Under the pieces are notes generated by a model that worked only from the letters and a program-made list of their open reading frames with translations, made no database searches and was not told the DNA's origin. A stretch of DNA of 64,000 bases from Planctomycetota bacterium (lineage in GTDB: Bacteria; Planctomycetota; UBA11346): NCBI GenBank assembly GCA_038231435.1, contig JBBRLJ010000014.1, positions 32,001 to 96,000 on the forward strand, in the 5' to 3' direction. Numbering within the stretch: position 1 is the first letter of the stretch; each line of letters opens with the position of its first letter. Both the position numbers and the translations under genes were made by a program. Positions 61,780 through 64,000 of this stretch are shown here, piece after piece.

Positions 61780-63990
61780 TCAGCCGGGAAAGATGCCGGT
61801 GTTCTTCGGGATGAGGCCGGTGTTCATGTAATAGCAGAAGCCGACCAGCAGGATCATCGCCACGGCGATGATCTCACCCATGATCAGGCCGATGAACAGG
61901 GGCTTGAGCGACTGGTAGGTCTTCCCGCCGCCGAAGCGCACGATCAGCTCCTTGGTGACCCAGCCGAGAAAGAACGAGAACCACACCAGGCTCGACGTCC
62001 ACGTGCCCCACATCAGGAAGATGACGGGGTGCAGCGGCCACCACCCGAAACGGAATCGCATCACGGACATCATGATGGTCCCGAGAATGCCGAATCCGAT
62101 CCATCCGAGCTTGGGGCCATGGCCCACGTTGTTCGCCAATTGACCGAGCTTGGCGAGTCCGTGCGTCGACTCCGAGCTCGCGAACTGGCCAGTCTCGTGC
62201 AGCACCGCGAGCCCGGCGGTGGCGATGCTCAGCTTGTTCTCGGGCAGATGCAGCGCGTAATCGTCATTGTGCGCGCCCTTGTTGTACACGCTGTAGGTCT
62301 GGGAGACGAAGCCGATCGCGAAGGCGACCAGGGTCGCGAGCGCTCCGACCATGATGATGCGCGGCAGGCGAATACCCACGTTCTCGGAGATCTTCAGTGT
62401 GTTGGCCACGTATGGCGTGACGCACTCGCGGGCATCGGGGTTGAGCACCAGGCCCATGTACATCACCATGACCCAAGATGTCGGGCCAAGCGCCGGCACC
62501 CCGAGCGTCAGGCTCAGCATGTAGCCGATATCGAAGTTCGCCTGAAGGAACGGGATGCCGGTCTCTGCTACGATGCGAGCGAACACCAAGAAGTAGATCA
62601 TCAGCGACATCGCGAAGATAAGCGCGATGAACCAATCCATGTCGAAGACCAGCACCAGCATGCTCACGAGACCCGCGAAGGCGCCGAGGAATATGCGCGC
62701 CGCCCAGATCGGCTGGCGATCCACCGAAGTGGAACCACGTAGTCCCAGGGCCTTGGCGAGGACGTTCAGGTAATAGTGCCTGCCGGTATACAGCAGGATC
62801 AGGAAGTACGCGCCATACGCGCCTGCGAGGACGCATGACTTGTCGTCGTCTGACACCGTGGTTCCGGTAGCGAGGAAGAATTGCGCGCCCACGATGGTCA
62901 CAGCGATGGTCGACAGACTCATGCTCAGGCTGATCTCGGATGCGATGAAGTACGAGAAGCCGATGATCATGAAGGTGATCCGCTGGTCGCATACCACCCA
63001 CGCGCCCACATTGTTGAGCACCGGAAATACACCGACGATATCCCAGGCTCCCCACTGCAGCGGGATGCGCGGCAGGTAGTTGGGGAACCAGGCTTGCAGG
63101 TAGTTGATCAGGTGGATCGCGAACACCGGAGCGAATCCAGCCCAGAACAGGCGCGAGTAGAAGAGGTCCGACGTCAGCCGCGACCCCGTCCGCTCGATCA
63201 GCGCGGTCGACACCGACGCCATCGGGTAGCTCAGCTGCTCGTGGTGCGCCCACTGGCGATGCACCAGGAAGATCATGGCGATCAGCGCGGTCGCCATCAG
63301 CAGCGCGAGCGGAGTCCAATATACCATCGTCGGCAGCCATTCGCGCAGCGGCGCCTGGGACAACTTGAGGCTCTCGTCGCCTTCCGGAATCCCACGCGTG
63401 AAGCTGCCGTACACCCGTTCGTACGCCTTTCGCACCGCGAGCGTCTCGGCCGTCCCCGGCGCGTGCTTCGTCGGATCCGTTCCCGGATCGTGCCTGAGCG
63501 GGTACACCTGGTCGGGCAGGAAGGACAGGGTCTTGTTGGCCTGCCACTCCGGATGACTGGCCTCGTTCGTCCATGGCATGATCACCGAGTAGTGGAAATA
63601 GCGGTAGAAACTCGAGCCCGGCAACCAGCTGCAGATCAGCATCATGCCGAGCACCACCGCGAGCTCACGGGTGCCGAAGCGCAGGCGGGACCACAGACGT
63701 CCGATGAGAGGATTCCACACCGTGGCCAGGAGCAGGATCAGCGTGAAGGCGCCGATCGGCATGTGGTTGCCGACCAGCGGCGAGAGCTTCAGGACGCGGT
63801 CGTTGGTGTTCGAGTAGAGGCTGATGATCGCCACGCCGATCAGCCCAAAGAGAACCGCCTTGAGGGTGATGCCCGGGCCACCCGGAGCCGCTACGGCCGG
63901 GGAACCTGGTGCAGGCGCCATGGGCGAGTCCGGTGGGACCGTCGCGGGAACGGGCGCCGGCTCGGCGGGGGATGATTCGGATCCGGCCAT
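61780..63990 (-). CDS. Polytopic membrane protein, DUF6785/DUF6784-like, probably OPT-related
   Basis: Many TMs; RQWAHHEQLSYP, RIVAETG, WWPLHP, RFGG. The family name is recalled from these motifs, not searched. Confidence 0.7.
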   Translation of the reverse strand: MAGSESSPAEPAPVPATVPPDSPMAPAPGSPAVAAPGGPGITLKAVLFGLIGVAIISLYSNTNDRVLKLSPLVGNHMPIGAFTLILLLATVWNPLIGRLWSRLRFGTRELAVVLGMMLICSWLPGSSFYRYFHYSVIMPWTNEASHPEWQANKTLSFLPDQVYPLRHDPGTDPTKHAPGTAETLAVRKAYERVYGSFTRGIPEGDESLKLSQAPLREWLPTMVYWTPLALLMATALIAMIFLVHRQWAHHEQLSYPMASVSTALIERTGSRLTSDLFYSRLFWAGFAPVFAIHLINYLQAWFPNYLPRIPLQWGAWDIVGVFPVLNNVGAWVVCDQRITFMIIGFSYFIASEISLSMSLSTIAVTIVGAQFFLATGTTVSDDDKSCVLAGAYGAYFLILLYTGRHYYLNVLAKALGLRGSTSVDRQPIWAARIFLGAFAGLVSMLVLVFDMDWFIALIFAMSLMIYFLVFARIVAETGIPFLQANFDIGYMLSLTLGVPALGPTSWVMVMYMGLVLNPDARECVTPYVANTLKISENVGIRLPRIIMVGALATLVAFAIGFVSQTYSVYNKGAHNDDYALHLPENKLSIATAGLAVLHETGQFASSESTHGLAKLGQLANNVGHGPKLGWIGFGILGTIMMSVMRFRFGWWPLHPVIFLMWGTWTSSLVWFSFFLGWVTKELIVRFGGGKTYQSLKPLFIGLIMGEIIAVAMILLVGFCYYMNTGLIPKNTGIFPG

Positions 63991-64000
63991 GCCTATGCGA

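Overview
GC-rich bacterial chromosome segment, densely coding (about 48 genes). I found no rRNA, tRNA, CRISPR array, transposase or phage gene. A Planctomycetota/PVC origin is inferred, not shown, from the DWG-type membrane Ser/Thr kinase, PhyH and desaturase genes, and short heptamer repeats. Left to right: a partial ABC exporter, GNAT, secreted F5/8C-GH16 protein, receptor-like Ser/Thr kinase, MFS, desaturase, a SnoaL/nitrilase/GNAT group, VOC protein, and a divergent pair of secreted proteins (ELWxxDGT repeats; FN3/C25-like) that share a Cys-Gly-x-Gly/TM/poly-Arg C-terminal tail. These are followed by a hydrolase, methyltransferase-hldD-gmhB-hldE, GH2 beta-mannosidase, a hybrid histidine kinase, a sugar/polyol ABC importer, an EF-hand protein, and a three-gene secreted clan GH-A-like operon with a repeated module. 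Next come aat, a HAD phosphatase, a PP2C phosphatase, a double-ATP-cone NrdD-like remnant beside nrdR, and AraC/PhyH. The last 13.7 kb is the best candidate for an undescribed system: a tightly coupled 8-gene minus-strand operon encoding two OPT-like membrane proteins, two LolD/MacB-type ATPases, two FtsX-type permeases (one fused to a degenerate M28 peptidase-like domain), a hypothetical protein and a stand-alone PqqD/RRE protein. All family assignments come from reading motifs by eye; no database searches were run.
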